The notes beneath the pieces were generated by a model, which had not been told where the DNA came from, ran no database searches, and was given only the letters and a program-made list of their open reading frames with translations. This document shows positions 8,524 to 18,007 of a stretch of 64,000 nt of DNA, in pieces. Location: the NCBI GenBank assembly GCA_035063585.1, contig JAPSGB010000005.1:96001-160000 (forward strand), in the 5' to 3' direction. Source of the stretch: Polyangiaceae bacterium. Its GTDB lineage: Bacteria; Myxococcota_A; Polyangia; Polyangiales; Polyangiaceae. The position numbers were made by a program, and so were the translations under genes. Within the stretch, counting starts at the first letter, position 1. Every line of letters starts with the position of its first letter.

Positions 8524-10418
8524 TCCGGATGATCAAGCGCTCGAGCCGCGGGCGCGCTCGCCCCTCCCGCACGTCGATGAGCGCGGGCTCGCCGCGCCAA
8601 GACTCCGGCGAGCTCGGCGACTTCACGACCACGCCGAGAGTGCTCTCGATCACGCTCATCGCGCTCCCCATCGGCGTGCTGGGCACCGGGATCGCGTGGG
8701 CGCTGCTCCGTCTCATCGGCATCATCACCAACCTCATGTTCTTCGGCCGTTTCGGCACCGAGCTCTCGCCGATCCAGGACCACACGGTCGGCTCGCTCTT
8801 CGTCGTGGCGGTGCCGATCCTGGGAGGGTTGGTGGTTGGGGCGATGGCGCGCTTCGGCTCGGACAAGATCCGCGGTCACGGGATCCCGGAGGCTATCGAG
8901 GCGATCCTGATGAATGGCGCCAAGGTGTCGCCGAAGATCGCGGTCTTGAAGCCGTTGTCGTCTGCGATCGCGATCGGGACCGGCGGGCCCTTCGGCGCCG
9001 AGGGGCCCATCATCATGACCGGCGGTGCGCTCGGCTCGACCTTCGCGCAGCTCATGCAGCTGACCAATATCGAGCGGCGCACCTTGCTGGTGGCGGGCGC
9101 CGCGGCCGGGATGACGGCAGTCTTCGGCACGCCGGTGGCGGCGGTCTTGCTCGGTGTCGAGGTCCTGCTCTTCGAGTTCAAGCCGCGGAGTCTGATCCCG
9201 GTCGCGGCGGCGGCCGCGGTCGCCGCAGTGCTTCGAGACGACTGGATCGGGGTGGCGCCGCTCTTCCCGGTTCCGGCGCACGCGAACACGATTGGGCTCG
9301 GCGGTCTCGGCGGCGCGTTCGTGGTGGGGCTCTCCGCCGGGGTGGTGTCCGTGCTCTTGACGAAGTCCATCGAGCTCACCGAGCACCTGTACGCGAAGAC
9401 GCGACTCGACTGGGTGTGGTGGCCAGCGCTCGGCGGGGTCGCGGTCGGCGTCACCGGGCTCTTCTTCCCCGCCGCGCTCGGGGTCGGTTACGGGAACATT
9501 GGCGAGTTCCTGAGCGGCGCGGGTGGGTGGCACTTCATCCTCGGGATCCTGCTGGTGAAATGGCTGGTGTGGGCGCTCGCGCTCGGCTCGGGCACCTCCG
9601 GGGGCACCATCGCGCCGATCATGATGGTCGGGTGCGCGGTGGGCGCGGCCGAGTCGTCGTTCCTGCCCGATCTCGGCGCCGGGCTCTGGCCGCTGGTGGC
9701 CATGGGCGCGGTCGTCGGCGGCACCTTCCGCGCTCCCTTTACTGGCATTCTGTTCGCGTTCGAGCTGACGCACGACGTGAACGCCGTGGTCCCGCTCACC
9801 GCGGCGGTGTTCGTGAGCTTCACGGTGACCGTGCTCGCCCTCCGGCGTTCCATCTTGACTGAGAAGATCGCGCGGCGCGGCTATCATATCTCAGCCGAGT
9901 ACTCGGTCGATCCGCTGGTGATGATCCTCGTGAAGGAGGTGATGCGGACCAACGTCGTCGCGTTCCCGTCGAGCTCCTCCATCGACGAGCTCGCGCAGTC
10001 GATGTACAGCGATCACTCGCGAAACGCAGGCCAGCGGCTCTACCCGGTGCTCGACGCCGATGGGCTGCTGCGGGGCGTCATCTCCCGGTCGCACCTGCAG
10101 GCGCTCGCGGAGGACCCGGACGACGCGGCCGCGGAGCGCACGGTCGGGGACGTCGCCAGCATGGACCCCGTGGTGGCCTTCGCCGACGAGCCGCTCAAGG
10201 CGGCCGTCCAGCGCATGGCGGAGTTCGGGGTCACGCGGATGCCGGTGGTCGATCGCCGCTCGCCGAGGCGACTGCTCGGGGTGGTCTCGCTCTATGACCT
10301 CCTCGGCGTGCGGCTGCGGGACGCGCGGGGCGAGCGGGATCGTGAGCGGGTGCTCCGACTCCGGCTCTTCGCTGGCCCGCGGCAGCCGGACTCCCGGCCC
10401 GCGGTGCGAGCGTCCTAG
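8520..10418 (+). CDS. ClC-family chloride channel/transporter with two C-terminal CBS domains
   Basis: GHGIPE, GPFGAEGP, GAAAGMTAVFGTP, RAPFTG..FAFELT; CBS pair in the tail. Start may be 8520 (ATGA overlap) or 8577. Confidence 0.93.
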   Translation: MIRMIKRSSRGRARPSRTSMSAGSPRQDSGELGDFTTTPRVLSITLIALPIGVLGTGIAWALLRLIGIITNLMFFGRFGTELSPIQDHTVGSLFVVAVPILGGLVVGAMARFGSDKIRGHGIPEAIEAILMNGAKVSPKIAVLKPLSSAIAIGTGGPFGAEGPIIMTGGALGSTFAQLMQLTNIERRTLLVAGAAAGMTAVFGTPVAAVLLGVEVLLFEFKPRSLIPVAAAAAVAAVLRDDWIGVAPLFPVPAHANTIGLGGLGGAFVVGLSAGVVSVLLTKSIELTEHLYAKTRLDWVWWPALGGVAVGVTGLFFPAALGVGYGNIGEFLSGAGGWHFILGILLVKWLVWALALGSGTSGGTIAPIMMVGCAVGAAESSFLPDLGAGLWPLVAMGAVVGGTFRAPFTGILFAFELTHDVNAVVPLTAAVFVSFTVTVLALRRSILTEKIARRGYHISAEYSVDPLVMILVKEVMRTNVVAFPSSSSIDELAQSMYSDHSRNAGQRLYPVLDADGLLRGVISRSHLQALAEDPDDAAAERTVGDVASMDPVVAFADEPLKAAVQRMAEFGVTRMPVVDRRSPRRLLGVVSLYDLLGVRLRDARGERDRERVLRLRLFAGPRQPDSRPAVRAS

Positions 10419-10517
10419 CGGATACGCGGCGCGGACGCCCTCGTCGGCCGCGCGCCCGAACCGCTCGGTTCCGCGCCGTCCCGACACCCAAACCTCCCCG
10501 GGGGTGGCTAAAGTCTA

Positions 10518-10547
10518 TTGCCGAACCCGCCCCGAGTGAGGTAGACC
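10518..10547 (+). promoter_or_regulatory. Putative promoter of tRNA-Leu
   Basis: TTGCCG-N18-TAGACC followed by a GC-rich discriminator-like stretch, about 70 nt upstream of the tRNA. Confidence 0.35.
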
Positions 10548-10619
10548 CCCGGTCCCACGAGATTGGAGCGGCAGCCGCCCGGATCCGCCAGGGCTCGGCG
10601 ATTGTCGCGAAGATCACAC

Positions 10620-10706
10620 GCGAAGGTGGCGGAACTGGCAGACGCACTAGCTTGAGGTGCTAGCGGGGTAACTCCCATGGAGGTTCAAGTCCTCTCCTTC
10701 GCACCA
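10620..10706 (+). tRNA. tRNA-Leu: tRNA-Leu (anticodon GAG)
   Basis: GCGAAGG...CCTTCGC acceptor stem plus ACCA; D arm GGCGGAACTGGCAGACGC; anticodon arm CTAGC-TTGAGGT-GCTAG; long variable arm; T arm GGAGGTTCAAGTCCTCT; 87 nt. Confidence 0.97.
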
Positions 10707-10741
10707 TCGAACCCGGGCCGGCTCGGGGCGGCTCTGCCGCC

Positions 10742-11653
10742 TCAGTCGCCCCCGGCCACGCAGCGAGCGTTATCGGGCGCCCGCGGCCCGAACGCGGCGG
10801 TGCCGTAGGCGCGCACCTCGGCGCAGTCGAGCTCGCCGTCGTGGTTCGTGTCGAGGTCGAGCGCGCCGTGGAGGCCGTCGATGCGCTCGAGCGCAAACCT
10901 CGCGGAGCCCGGCGGGTTACGCGTCTGGTACTGCGACGAGCAGAAGCCCCCGGTGGCGCCGAGCACCACCTGACGGGTGAGGTTGCTGCCGGTGCCCGCG
11001 ATTCGGGTCGCCGATTCGACGGCGCCGCTCCACTCGGCGATCGCGCGCTGCACGACGTACATCGAGCACTGACCGTCGCCGAGCACGAGCGTCACGCCCG
11101 GGTTCCCGTCGTGGTCCTGATCGTAGACCCGCGGGTCCGACGCATCCTTCGGGAGCGGCTCGATTTCCGGCTCGGTGAGCCGGAGGCCCCAGAGCTCGAT
11201 GACGCGCTGGGTGGTGTAGGCCGAGCCCGGCGCGGTGCCGCCGAGGAGCGCGACATAGCTCGTGGAGGGGATCGTCTCGACCAGGGCGAGGGGCATGGAG
11301 GTGGCGACGCCGACGATGGGCGTCTGCTCGATGAGACAGGCGCGCGAGGTGACGCGGACGACCCCGCCCGGGGACGACTCGAGCTTCGCGAGGAGCAGGG
11401 TCTCGGTGACCGACTCGAGCTCGGTCGACAACACCTTCACGCAGGTGGAGGTCTCGTTCCAGACGAGCCAGGTGCCGTCTGGCACGAGCTCGGCGCTCGC
11501 GCTCGCGTCGCGCGCGCTGGCGTCTTCGGCGACCGCCGCGTCGTGGGAGACGGGGGGGAACTCGCCTGCCGGCGGCTCGGGGGCGCTACACGCGGCGAGC
11601 GCGAGGCTCGCGAGGAGCGGCGAGGCGACGAGTCGGAGCGTTTCGCGGCTCAT
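10742..11653 (-). CDS. Hypothetical lipoprotein with two EF-hand-like Dx[DN]xDG motifs
   Basis: Lipobox LAAC after ATG 11653; DQDHDGNPG and DTNHDGELD; TGATG coupling to the upstream gene. Confidence 0.75.
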   Translation of the reverse strand: MSRETLRLVASPLLASLALAACSAPEPPAGEFPPVSHDAAVAEDASARDASASAELVPDGTWLVWNETSTCVKVLSTELESVTETLLLAKLESSPGGVVRVTSRACLIEQTPIVGVATSMPLALVETIPSTSYVALLGGTAPGSAYTTQRVIELWGLRLTEPEIEPLPKDASDPRVYDQDHDGNPGVTLVLGDGQCSMYVVQRAIAEWSGAVESATRIAGTGSNLTRQVVLGATGGFCSSQYQTRNPPGSARFALERIDGLHGALDLDTNHDGELDCAEVRAYGTAAFGPRAPDNARCVAGGD

Positions 11654-13092
11654 CAGTACCTCCAAGAGATTTGCACGCCGGCGGCCAGGATGAAGCCGCC
11701 GCTCGACCATCCAGGGAAGCCGGGATTTCCGGTCTGCAGCCCCGCCGCCTCGGGCATCGGTTTGCCCGTTGCCGGGTTTCGAGTGTCATCGGGGAGCTCG
11801 TCGCAGAGCGCCGTGATGCCGTCGGTGCAGTCCGGCGGGTTCGAGCGAGCCCGCTTGGTGTGGGTGCGCGGCACGGCCGCCTGGAGCTGGCCAAAGGCGG
11901 CGAGGTCGAGCCTCATCCCCGCCACGGTGACCGCCTGGCCGAGGCCCAGCCCGAAGATCCATGTGGAATTGTCGGCGTAGTTGGTCCGGCCCGTCTGCTC
12001 GGGGGTCGGAGAGGGGCGGTAGCCGACGCCACCGCGCACGAACGAGCCGGGCGCGAGCTGCGCTTCGAGGCCGGTCGAGACGGCGACGGTGTCGTGGAAG
12101 CCCGCCAGTTGGTCGATGTCGTCGCGATACCTCGACCACTGGCTCCAGGTCGCGTCCACCGCGGCGGAGACCGCGCCCTGCGTCCACGCGGCCGAGAGCG
12201 CGAGCTGGTGCGGGAGGTGCTCCGAGACGAGGTTCATGGGCTGCGTGAACGGATACTGCGGCGTCCCCTGGAACCCGTTGATCTGGACCGTGTTGCCGCC
12301 GCGGAGCGACTGCTGGAGCTCGCCGCGCCAGGTGAACGAGGCGCGCAGGCGATCGTCGAGGAGCCGCGTCGCTGCCGAGAGCACGGGCGCCGTGTCCACG
12401 CCGTTCTCGGTGCGGACGTCGATATACTGGACCGAGTTGTTCGCCTGGCTCGGCACGAAGACGTCATTATGCGTCTTGGTCTCGATCGCGAACCTCAGGC
12501 CAGCGCCGATGGAGAGCCAGCGAACCGGGCGCACCGAGCTGCCGAGCAGGATCTGCTGGGTCGAGAGTCGCTCGCCGTAGATCGCCTGGGGAATCGAGTT
12601 CGAGAAGTATTGCTCGCGTTCGTCGGAGTAAAACGAGTTCTGATTGCCGATCCCGGTGGTCGGGATGAACGTGAGGACGCCGAGCCGCAGCCAGTCGACG
12701 CCGGCCGAGATGGTCGCGCCGACCGTGAACCCCGAGACGCCGGGCGCGCGGCTCTCGGCGCCGCGGGGGTGCAATCGGTAGCGGGACGGGACCGCGGGAG
12801 ACGACGCCCCGAGGTCCGGCAGATCATACCCGGCGGGCCGCTCGGCGAGCCGGATGGTCAGGCGGTTGACGGCACCGCTGAACCCGACCGAGAGCCCGGG
12901 GCGCCCGAAGGCCATGCCGGACGGGTTCGCGTAGATGGCGTAGCTGTCGTCGAGCAGCGCGGCGCCTGCGCCGGACATCGCAGCCGCCCGCGCCCCGGCG
13001 CCGAAGGCGCCGAACTCGTCGGCGAGCGCCGGAGCTTGCCAGAGGGAGAGCGCGGCCGTGAGCCAGGCTGCGTGGCGCGAGTGGGGCCTCAT
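11653..13092 (-). CDS. OmpP1/FadL-like outer-membrane beta-barrel transporter
   Basis: Signal peptide; GARAAAMSGAGAALLDD..AIYANPSG (FadL hatch NPA-like); alternating beta strands; C-terminal aromatic residue (ISWRY). Confidence 0.8.
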   Translation of the reverse strand: MRPHSRHAAWLTAALSLWQAPALADEFGAFGAGARAAAMSGAGAALLDDSYAIYANPSGMAFGRPGLSVGFSGAVNRLTIRLAERPAGYDLPDLGASSPAVPSRYRLHPRGAESRAPGVSGFTVGATISAGVDWLRLGVLTFIPTTGIGNQNSFYSDEREQYFSNSIPQAIYGERLSTQQILLGSSVRPVRWLSIGAGLRFAIETKTHNDVFVPSQANNSVQYIDVRTENGVDTAPVLSAATRLLDDRLRASFTWRGELQQSLRGGNTVQINGFQGTPQYPFTQPMNLVSEHLPHQLALSAAWTQGAVSAAVDATWSQWSRYRDDIDQLAGFHDTVAVSTGLEAQLAPGSFVRGGVGYRPSPTPEQTGRTNYADNSTWIFGLGLGQAVTVAGMRLDLAAFGQLQAAVPRTHTKRARSNPPDCTDGITALCDELPDDTRNPATGKPMPEAAGLQTGNPGFPGWSSGGFILAAGVQISWRY

Positions 13093-13198
13093 GCGACGAC
13101 GCTGCTTCGGTAGCACGAGTTCGGGTCGCGGAGCGAGGCGCCCGCGCGCCCGCCAAAGGGGCTGACTCGCGAGCACGGTCGCTTGTATGCTCGGCGCC

Positions 13199-13519
13199 AT
13201 GTCGATGAAGCGGACGAAGGAGACCACCCGTAAGCGCGCGGACGACGCGGCCGGCGGGTTCTGGGAGAAGAAGGAAGCCGAGCGGACGTACTCGTGGGCG
13301 ACCGACGTCGCGTCGCAGCCCGACGAACCCTTCCTTCGCTACCAACCGACCGCCCGGTTCGACGCCGGGATGCTGGTCTTTCATGTGAAGTTTGGGAAGG
13401 GCATCGTGACCGGCGCGCTCGAGGGCAAGCTCGAGATCCTCTTCGAGGCGGGGCCGAAGACGCTGGCGTACGATCCGACCGGGCACGCGCCCGAGCACGC
13501 GACCATCCCGCCGGCTTGA
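13199..13519 (+). CDS. Small protein with PcrA/UvrD C-terminal Tudor-like motif
   Basis: GMLVFHVKFGKGIV...LEILFE.GPKTL resembles the V.H..FG.G.V Tudor-like motif. Confidence 0.65.
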   Translation: MSMKRTKETTRKRADDAAGGFWEKKEAERTYSWATDVASQPDEPFLRYQPTARFDAGMLVFHVKFGKGIVTGALEGKLEILFEAGPKTLAYDPTGHAPEHATIPPA

Positions 13520-13583
13520 CGCTCCCGGGCGGCTCCGCGCGCGGCCTGCGCGCTTCCGCGCCGGGCCGGCCACCCCTCCCGGC

Positions 13584-14750
13584 TCAGGGAGCGGGGTGGA
13601 ACGTGCAGAAGGTCGAGCCCACGACGTGATCCGGCGCTCGCGGGAAGTCGCTCGGCATCGCCGTGAGCGGCGGCCCGCCGGCGCGGTGCGCCCAGAGGTA
13701 CTCGTAGTACATCGCTTGGGTGAGGTCCGGGTCGAGCGTATGACCGAAGCCGTGCTCGCACTCGAGCACCGTTCGCCCGTTCGTGTGGAGAAACGGGAGC
13801 GCCTTCTGGTTGGCTGAAAAGAGATCCGCGACGGTGGCGAAGTCCTTGGGGCCGCGCGACCCGTCGCCGCCGTGGGTGAGGAGCGCGCTGCCGCGATCGG
13901 CGGGGTCGAGCGCGGGCCACTTCCAGCTCATGATGAAGCCGCCCGTGATGTCGGATTGTTCGGGCGGGTCGTTCAGCCACATTCCGGACTCATGGACGGT
14001 GGCCGCGAAGAGCTTCGGGAACTTCGAGACGAGGAGGGACGTGAAGACGGCGCCCGCCGAGAACCCGAACGAGTAGAGGCGTGACCAGTCGAGATCGTAC
14101 TCGTCCTCGATACACTGCAAGATCGCTTGGAAGTAGGCGAAGTCCTTCTCGCCCGTCACGATGTCCCAGTCGAGCCCCCAGGGCGGGATGAGCTTCTGAT
14201 CGGAGGGCGTCACGATCATGAGCGGCATCGGGAACGCGTCCGGGTCGAACGGCACCCATTTCCCGAGCGGGACGTCATAGACGATCCCTTTCTGGAAGTC
14301 GGCGGGGGCTTGCAGCCAGCCGTGCCACAGGAAGAGGAGCGCCATGGGCTTCGAGGTGTCGCTCGGGAGTTGCACCAGGAAATCCCTGGTCTTGCCGTCG
14401 ACGCGGACCTTCGAGGTGCCCTCCTGGATCGGAAAGCAGGTGGCCGATACCGAGCCGGCCATACCGCCCGAGCCGCCGCTCGCGTCGCCCGCCGCGCCCC
14501 CGCTGCTCCCGCCGCTCCCACCGAGCGCGCCCGCGCTGCCGCCCGAGCTCGTCGCGGCGGCGCCCCCGCCGCTCCCCCCGAGCGCGCCGGCGCTGCCGCC
14601 GGTGCTCGCGCCGGCGGCGCCGGCCGCGCTCGGCGCGCCCGCGCCGTCACTGCCCCCGCCGGAGCAGGCAGCGAGCACGAGCGCCAGTGCGGCAAACCCG
14701 GCTCGGCCCCGGAGCGTGCGGCTGCTCACTCGGAACGCGTCTCGTTGCAT
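13584..14750 (-). CDS. Lipoprotein alpha/beta hydrolase (PHB depolymerase/LpqC-like esterase)
   Basis: Lipobox LAAC, Gly/Ser/Ala linker, LWHG, GFSAG nucleophile elbow, THG..D, HGFGH. Start set at ATG 14750. Confidence 0.78.
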   Translation of the reverse strand: MQRDAFRVSSRTLRGRAGFAALALVLAACSGGGSDGAGAPSAAGAAGASTGGSAGALGGSGGGAAATSSGGSAGALGGSGGSSGGAAGDASGGSGGMAGSVSATCFPIQEGTSKVRVDGKTRDFLVQLPSDTSKPMALLFLWHGWLQAPADFQKGIVYDVPLGKWVPFDPDAFPMPLMIVTPSDQKLIPPWGLDWDIVTGEKDFAYFQAILQCIEDEYDLDWSRLYSFGFSAGAVFTSLLVSKFPKLFAATVHESGMWLNDPPEQSDITGGFIMSWKWPALDPADRGSALLTHGGDGSRGPKDFATVADLFSANQKALPFLHTNGRTVLECEHGFGHTLDPDLTQAMYYEYLWAHRAGGPPLTAMPSDFPRAPDHVVGSTFCTFHPAP

Positions 14751-14851
14751 GGTTCGGCCTCCAGGCCGAATCTTGCCGAAATTCCGCGAGCGGTGGAACC
14801 AGTAACGAGGCTCGCGTGAAATGTTCGAGACTTGCGCGTATCCGTCCGAGG

Positions 14852-15510
14852 ACCCGGCACACGAAAGAGCGCGCGAGAGGTCCATGGCATACGCCACGAC
14901 ATCACTCGGGGCGCCCGCTCGGCGGTGTACCGTCGCACGAGTTTGTGCGTCAGGAGCTCGAGCAGGAGAGCGGCGTGGTTCGCGTCGAAGGACTGGGTCG
15001 GGATCTGGCCGATGCCGATCGCGTTCTTCAGCTCGGCGATGCGAGGTTCGACTTGGGCGCGGCCGTCGTACTCGGCCGCGATCTCCTCCGCCGGAAAGTC
15101 GCGGTCGTTCGAGACGAAGACCTGGACTCCGTAGTCGAGGTGCCACGAGAGTTGCACCTGCGTGCCGGTGTCGCGGTCTCGACGGCGCACCGCCACCACG
15201 CCGTAGTCGTCGGTCCACTCGCTGCGGCGGGAAGTGACGTTCTAGACCTGCACGAGCGGCACGCCATCCGCATCCTCGTCGACGGTCTCCCATCCGCTCG
15301 CGAGCAGCAGCGTGCCGAGCAAGTCCGGCGTGAGACGCGCCTTGGTGACGAAGTACGCGCCGGTGCCAGCGAGTGCTTCGAGGATCTTGGCGCAGTCGCC
15401 GGCAGAATCGATCCGCGCCCAGACCGCGATATCCTTCGGCGCGTGGCCGACCAGACGGCTCACGTACCTGGCGAGCACAGGGGCTTGGTCGTTGCCGACC
15501 GCCCACGCCG
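14852..15510 (-). pseudogene. Decayed IS1380-family DDE transposase fragment
   Basis: One frame reads ARIDSAG...FVTKA..., an in-frame TAG at 15242-15244, then YDGRAQVEPRIAELKNAIGIGQIP..SFDANHAALLL..L and LFRVPG. N-terminal half absent; boundaries approximate. Confidence 0.8.
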
Positions 15511-15586
15511 CGCGCGCATGCGTCGGCCTCCGCAGAGGTAAAGCCGCAGCGGATGCCGTCAGGAGACACGTGGTACGAATCGTCGG

Positions 15587-16096
15587 ATGAAATTCGAGGT
15601 CCGACAGGAGACGCGGGAGGACGAAGCGGCGGTCCACGCGCTGAACGCGTCGGCGTTCGAGTCGGACGCGGAGGCGCGGCTCGTCGACGCCCTCCGCGCG
15701 GGAGGCGCGCTCACGCTGTCCCTCGTCGCGGTCGTGGACGGCAAGGTCGTCGGGCACATCGCGTTCTCACCCATCGCCGTGGAGGCCGCTGGCCGCGTCG
15801 TACCAGGCGTCGGCCTCGCGCCGATGGCCGTGGCGCCTTCGCACCAGCGCCAGGGGATCGGCGGGAGGCTCATCGAGCGCGGGCTTCAACGCCTCCGCGC
15901 TCAGGGCCACCACTTCTGCGTCGTCCTCGGGCATCCCGACTACTACCCGCGCCACGGGTTCGTTCACGCGAGCCTCCGCGGCCTCCGATGGGAGCAGGGA
16001 CACGACGAAGCGTTCTTCGTCCAAGCCTTGACTGCAGACGGGCTCAGCGGCGTCTCAGGGGTCGTCCGCTATCGACCTGAGTTCGACGCCGTGTAG
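15587..16096 (+). CDS. GNAT N-acetyltransferase (YhbS-like)
   Basis: AF...EARLVDALR, VVGHIAFSP, LAPMAVAPSHQRQGIG, VLGHPDYYPRHGF, VRYRPEF. Confidence 0.92.
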   Translation: MKFEVRQETREDEAAVHALNASAFESDAEARLVDALRAGGALTLSLVAVVDGKVVGHIAFSPIAVEAAGRVVPGVGLAPMAVAPSHQRQGIGGRLIERGLQRLRAQGHHFCVVLGHPDYYPRHGFVHASLRGLRWEQGHDEAFFVQALTADGLSGVSGVVRYRPEFDAV

Positions 16097-16293
16097 CCCC
16101 TGCACACGACCGCGAGGGTCGTGCTGCGGCCGAGTTCCTGTCAGAGGTGTCGCTCAGACGAGGACACGCGCTCAACGAATCGCTGCTTCGAGTTCCTCGG
16201 ACGAGTGGGTGGAAGGGACGCGCTCCCGATCAATGGGCGCGTAGGTGCGACCACCGATGACTCCCAGGAGGACGCCGATGTAGGCGCGCGCAG

Positions 16294-16635
16294 CTACTTC
16301 AGGTCCACGCGTCGATCGACCCGAGTGCAGTCCACGATGGAACACAGGCTGCGGCGAACGGCGAGGAAGTAGTCGAGGACGTCGTCATTGCGGACGAAGC
16401 CTCGTCCACCAAAGGAGTGGTCCCGGCCCTGCTGGGTGTAGACCACCGCATAGCCAGCGCTCTCCAGGGAGCCGAGCAGGCCGCGATTCACCCCGTTGCT
16501 GAAGATGAGGTCCGGTCGCGACACGCCGCACCGTTGCTCGATCCGCTCGGCGTTGGCGAAGTACCACCCGTAGCTAACGGCGATCCCCGTCGAGGAGGCT
16601 CGTCGACGCTCCGCGGGGAGACAAGGCTCCAGCGG
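16294..16635 (-). pseudogene. Possible C-terminal remnant of an unknown gene
   Basis: Open, protein-like frame (GIAVSYGWYFANAERIEQRCG...DYFLAVRR) with an upstream in-frame TGA and no convincing start. Confidence 0.3.
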
Positions 16636-16726
16636 TGAGTGTCAAGGTAGTTGTCGCACATGATGTGTCTACGCCGCGCTCCGGGCGGCGTCCTCCTTCC
16701 TGCGCGTCGAGCGCCCCCCGCGTCGC

Positions 16727-18007
16727 TCAGACGCGCGCGAGCGCCTGGCTGAGATCCGCGATGAGGTCGTCGGGGTGCTCGACGCCGACGCTGAGCCTCA
16801 CCATGTTCTCGCCGATCCCCATACGCGCGCGCTCGTCGGGCGGGATGTCCGAGTGGGTCATGCTCGCGGGGTGCTCGGCGAGGCTCTCGGTGCCGCCCAG
16901 GCTCACCGCGAGCCGCAAGAGCTTGAGCGCGTTCAGGAAGCGGAACGCCTCCGCCTCGCCGCCGCGCACGGTGAAGCTCACCATCCCGCCGGCTGCCAGG
17001 CACTGCTTCTCGTAGAGCGTGCGCTGCGGATCGCCCTCGCGGAGATGCCCGAGGTAGTAGACCTTCTCCACCTTCGGATGCGCCGCGAGATAGTCCGCGA
17101 CGTAGCGCGCGTTCTTCATCTGGCTCGTCATTCGGAGCTTCAGCGTCTCGAGGCTCCGGAGCAGGAGCCAGCCCGTCCACGGTCCGCTCATGGTGCCGAG
17201 GAACGTCCGCATCGCGCGGACCGGGCCCATGAGCTCGGCGCTGCCGAGACACACCCCCGCGATGACGTCGCTGTGCCCACCGATGTATTTCGTCGCCGAG
17301 TAGAGGACGAGGTCGGCGCCGTGCTCGAGCGGCCTCTGAAAGAGCGGGCCGAGGAAGGTGTTGTCCACCGCGACCAGCACGCGTCGCTCCGGGGTGGAGC
17401 GCTGCCGGGCGAAGGCCGCGGCGCCCGCGATGTCGACCAGCGCGTTGGTCGGGTTGGCTGGCGTCTCGAGGTAGACCATGCGGAGGCGGTCCGCCTTGCC
17501 GGTGGCGGCGAGCCGCGCCTCGATCTCCGCGTCGGTGGCGCCCGCCACGAACCCCACGCTCTCGATGCCGAAGCGCGCCAAGACGTGCTTGATGAGGTGG
17601 TCGCTGCCGCCGTAGATGGGCTCGCTGTGCAAGATGAGATCGCCCGGCGAGAGGAACGCGAGCAGCGTGGTGCTGATGGCCGCCATCCCCGACTCGAAGA
17701 CCGCCGCGGCCTCCGCGCCGTCCCACAGCGTGAGCCGATCTTCGAGGATCTCGAGGTCGGGGTTGTTCAGTCGCGAATAGATGAGCCCGAGCTTCTCCTC
17801 CGCGTTCGGAGCCCGGAGCCCGTACGCGAGCTCGAAGAAGCGCTTGCCCTCCTCCGCCGTCTCGAAGACGAAGGTGGAGGTCTGAAAAATCGGGATCTTG
17901 AGCGCGCCCTCGCTCAGCCTCGGATCGTAGCCGTAGCTGGTCATCAAGCTCTCCGGGCGGAGCTGCTTGCCCTCGATGAAGGCTTCCGGCTTGAGGTGTG
18001 TCTTCAT
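16727..18007 (-). CDS. Cys/Met metabolism PLP-dependent enzyme (cystathionine gamma-synthase / methionine gamma-lyase family)
   Basis: PIFQTSTF, YSRLNNP, SGMAAI, ETPANPT, DNTF, SATKYIGGHSD (PLP lysine), AVSLGGTESL, RLSVGVE; GAGGAG RBS before ATG 18007. Confidence 0.93.
   Translation of the reverse strand: MKTHLKPEAFIEGKQLRPESLMTSYGYDPRLSEGALKIPIFQTSTFVFETAEEGKRFFELAYGLRAPNAEEKLGLIYSRLNNPDLEILEDRLTLWDGAEAAAVFESGMAAISTTLLAFLSPGDLILHSEPIYGGSDHLIKHVLARFGIESVGFVAGATDAEIEARLAATGKADRLRMVYLETPANPTNALVDIAGAAAFARQRSTPERRVLVAVDNTFLGPLFQRPLEHGADLVLYSATKYIGGHSDVIAGVCLGSAELMGPVRAMRTFLGTMSGPWTGWLLLRSLETLKLRMTSQMKNARYVADYLAAHPKVEKVYYLGHLREGDPQRTLYEKQCLAAGGMVSFTVRGGEAEAFRFLNALKLLRLAVSLGGTESLAEHPASMTHSDIPPDERARMGIGENMVRLSVGVEHPDDLIADLSQALARV

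Noticed and set aside
7950..8580. Fluoride riboswitch / CLC-F exporter
   Set aside because: No crcB-motif consensus is recognisable and the ClC lacks the GNNLI/GREGT signatures.
10497..10552. Possible structured ncRNA upstream of tRNA-Leu (CCGGGGG...GTCTA pairing with TAGACCCCCGG)
   Set aside because: The pairing needs a large bulge and overlaps a plausible tRNA promoter; no known family is recognised.
14460..14660. Short repeats here and at about 24290-24330 and 44476-44570
   Set aside because: Explained by Gly/Ser/Ala linkers and poly-Asp coding tracts.
15242..15244. Programmed amber readthrough (pyrrolysine) in the transposase
   Set aside because: The gene is also truncated at the 5' end, so simple decay is the better explanation; no pyl genes are visible.
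15836..15846. CCTTCGCACCA matching the last 11 nt of tRNA-Leu, a possible attR
   Set aside because: Only 11 nt, inside the intact GNAT coding sequence, and there is no integrase in the window.
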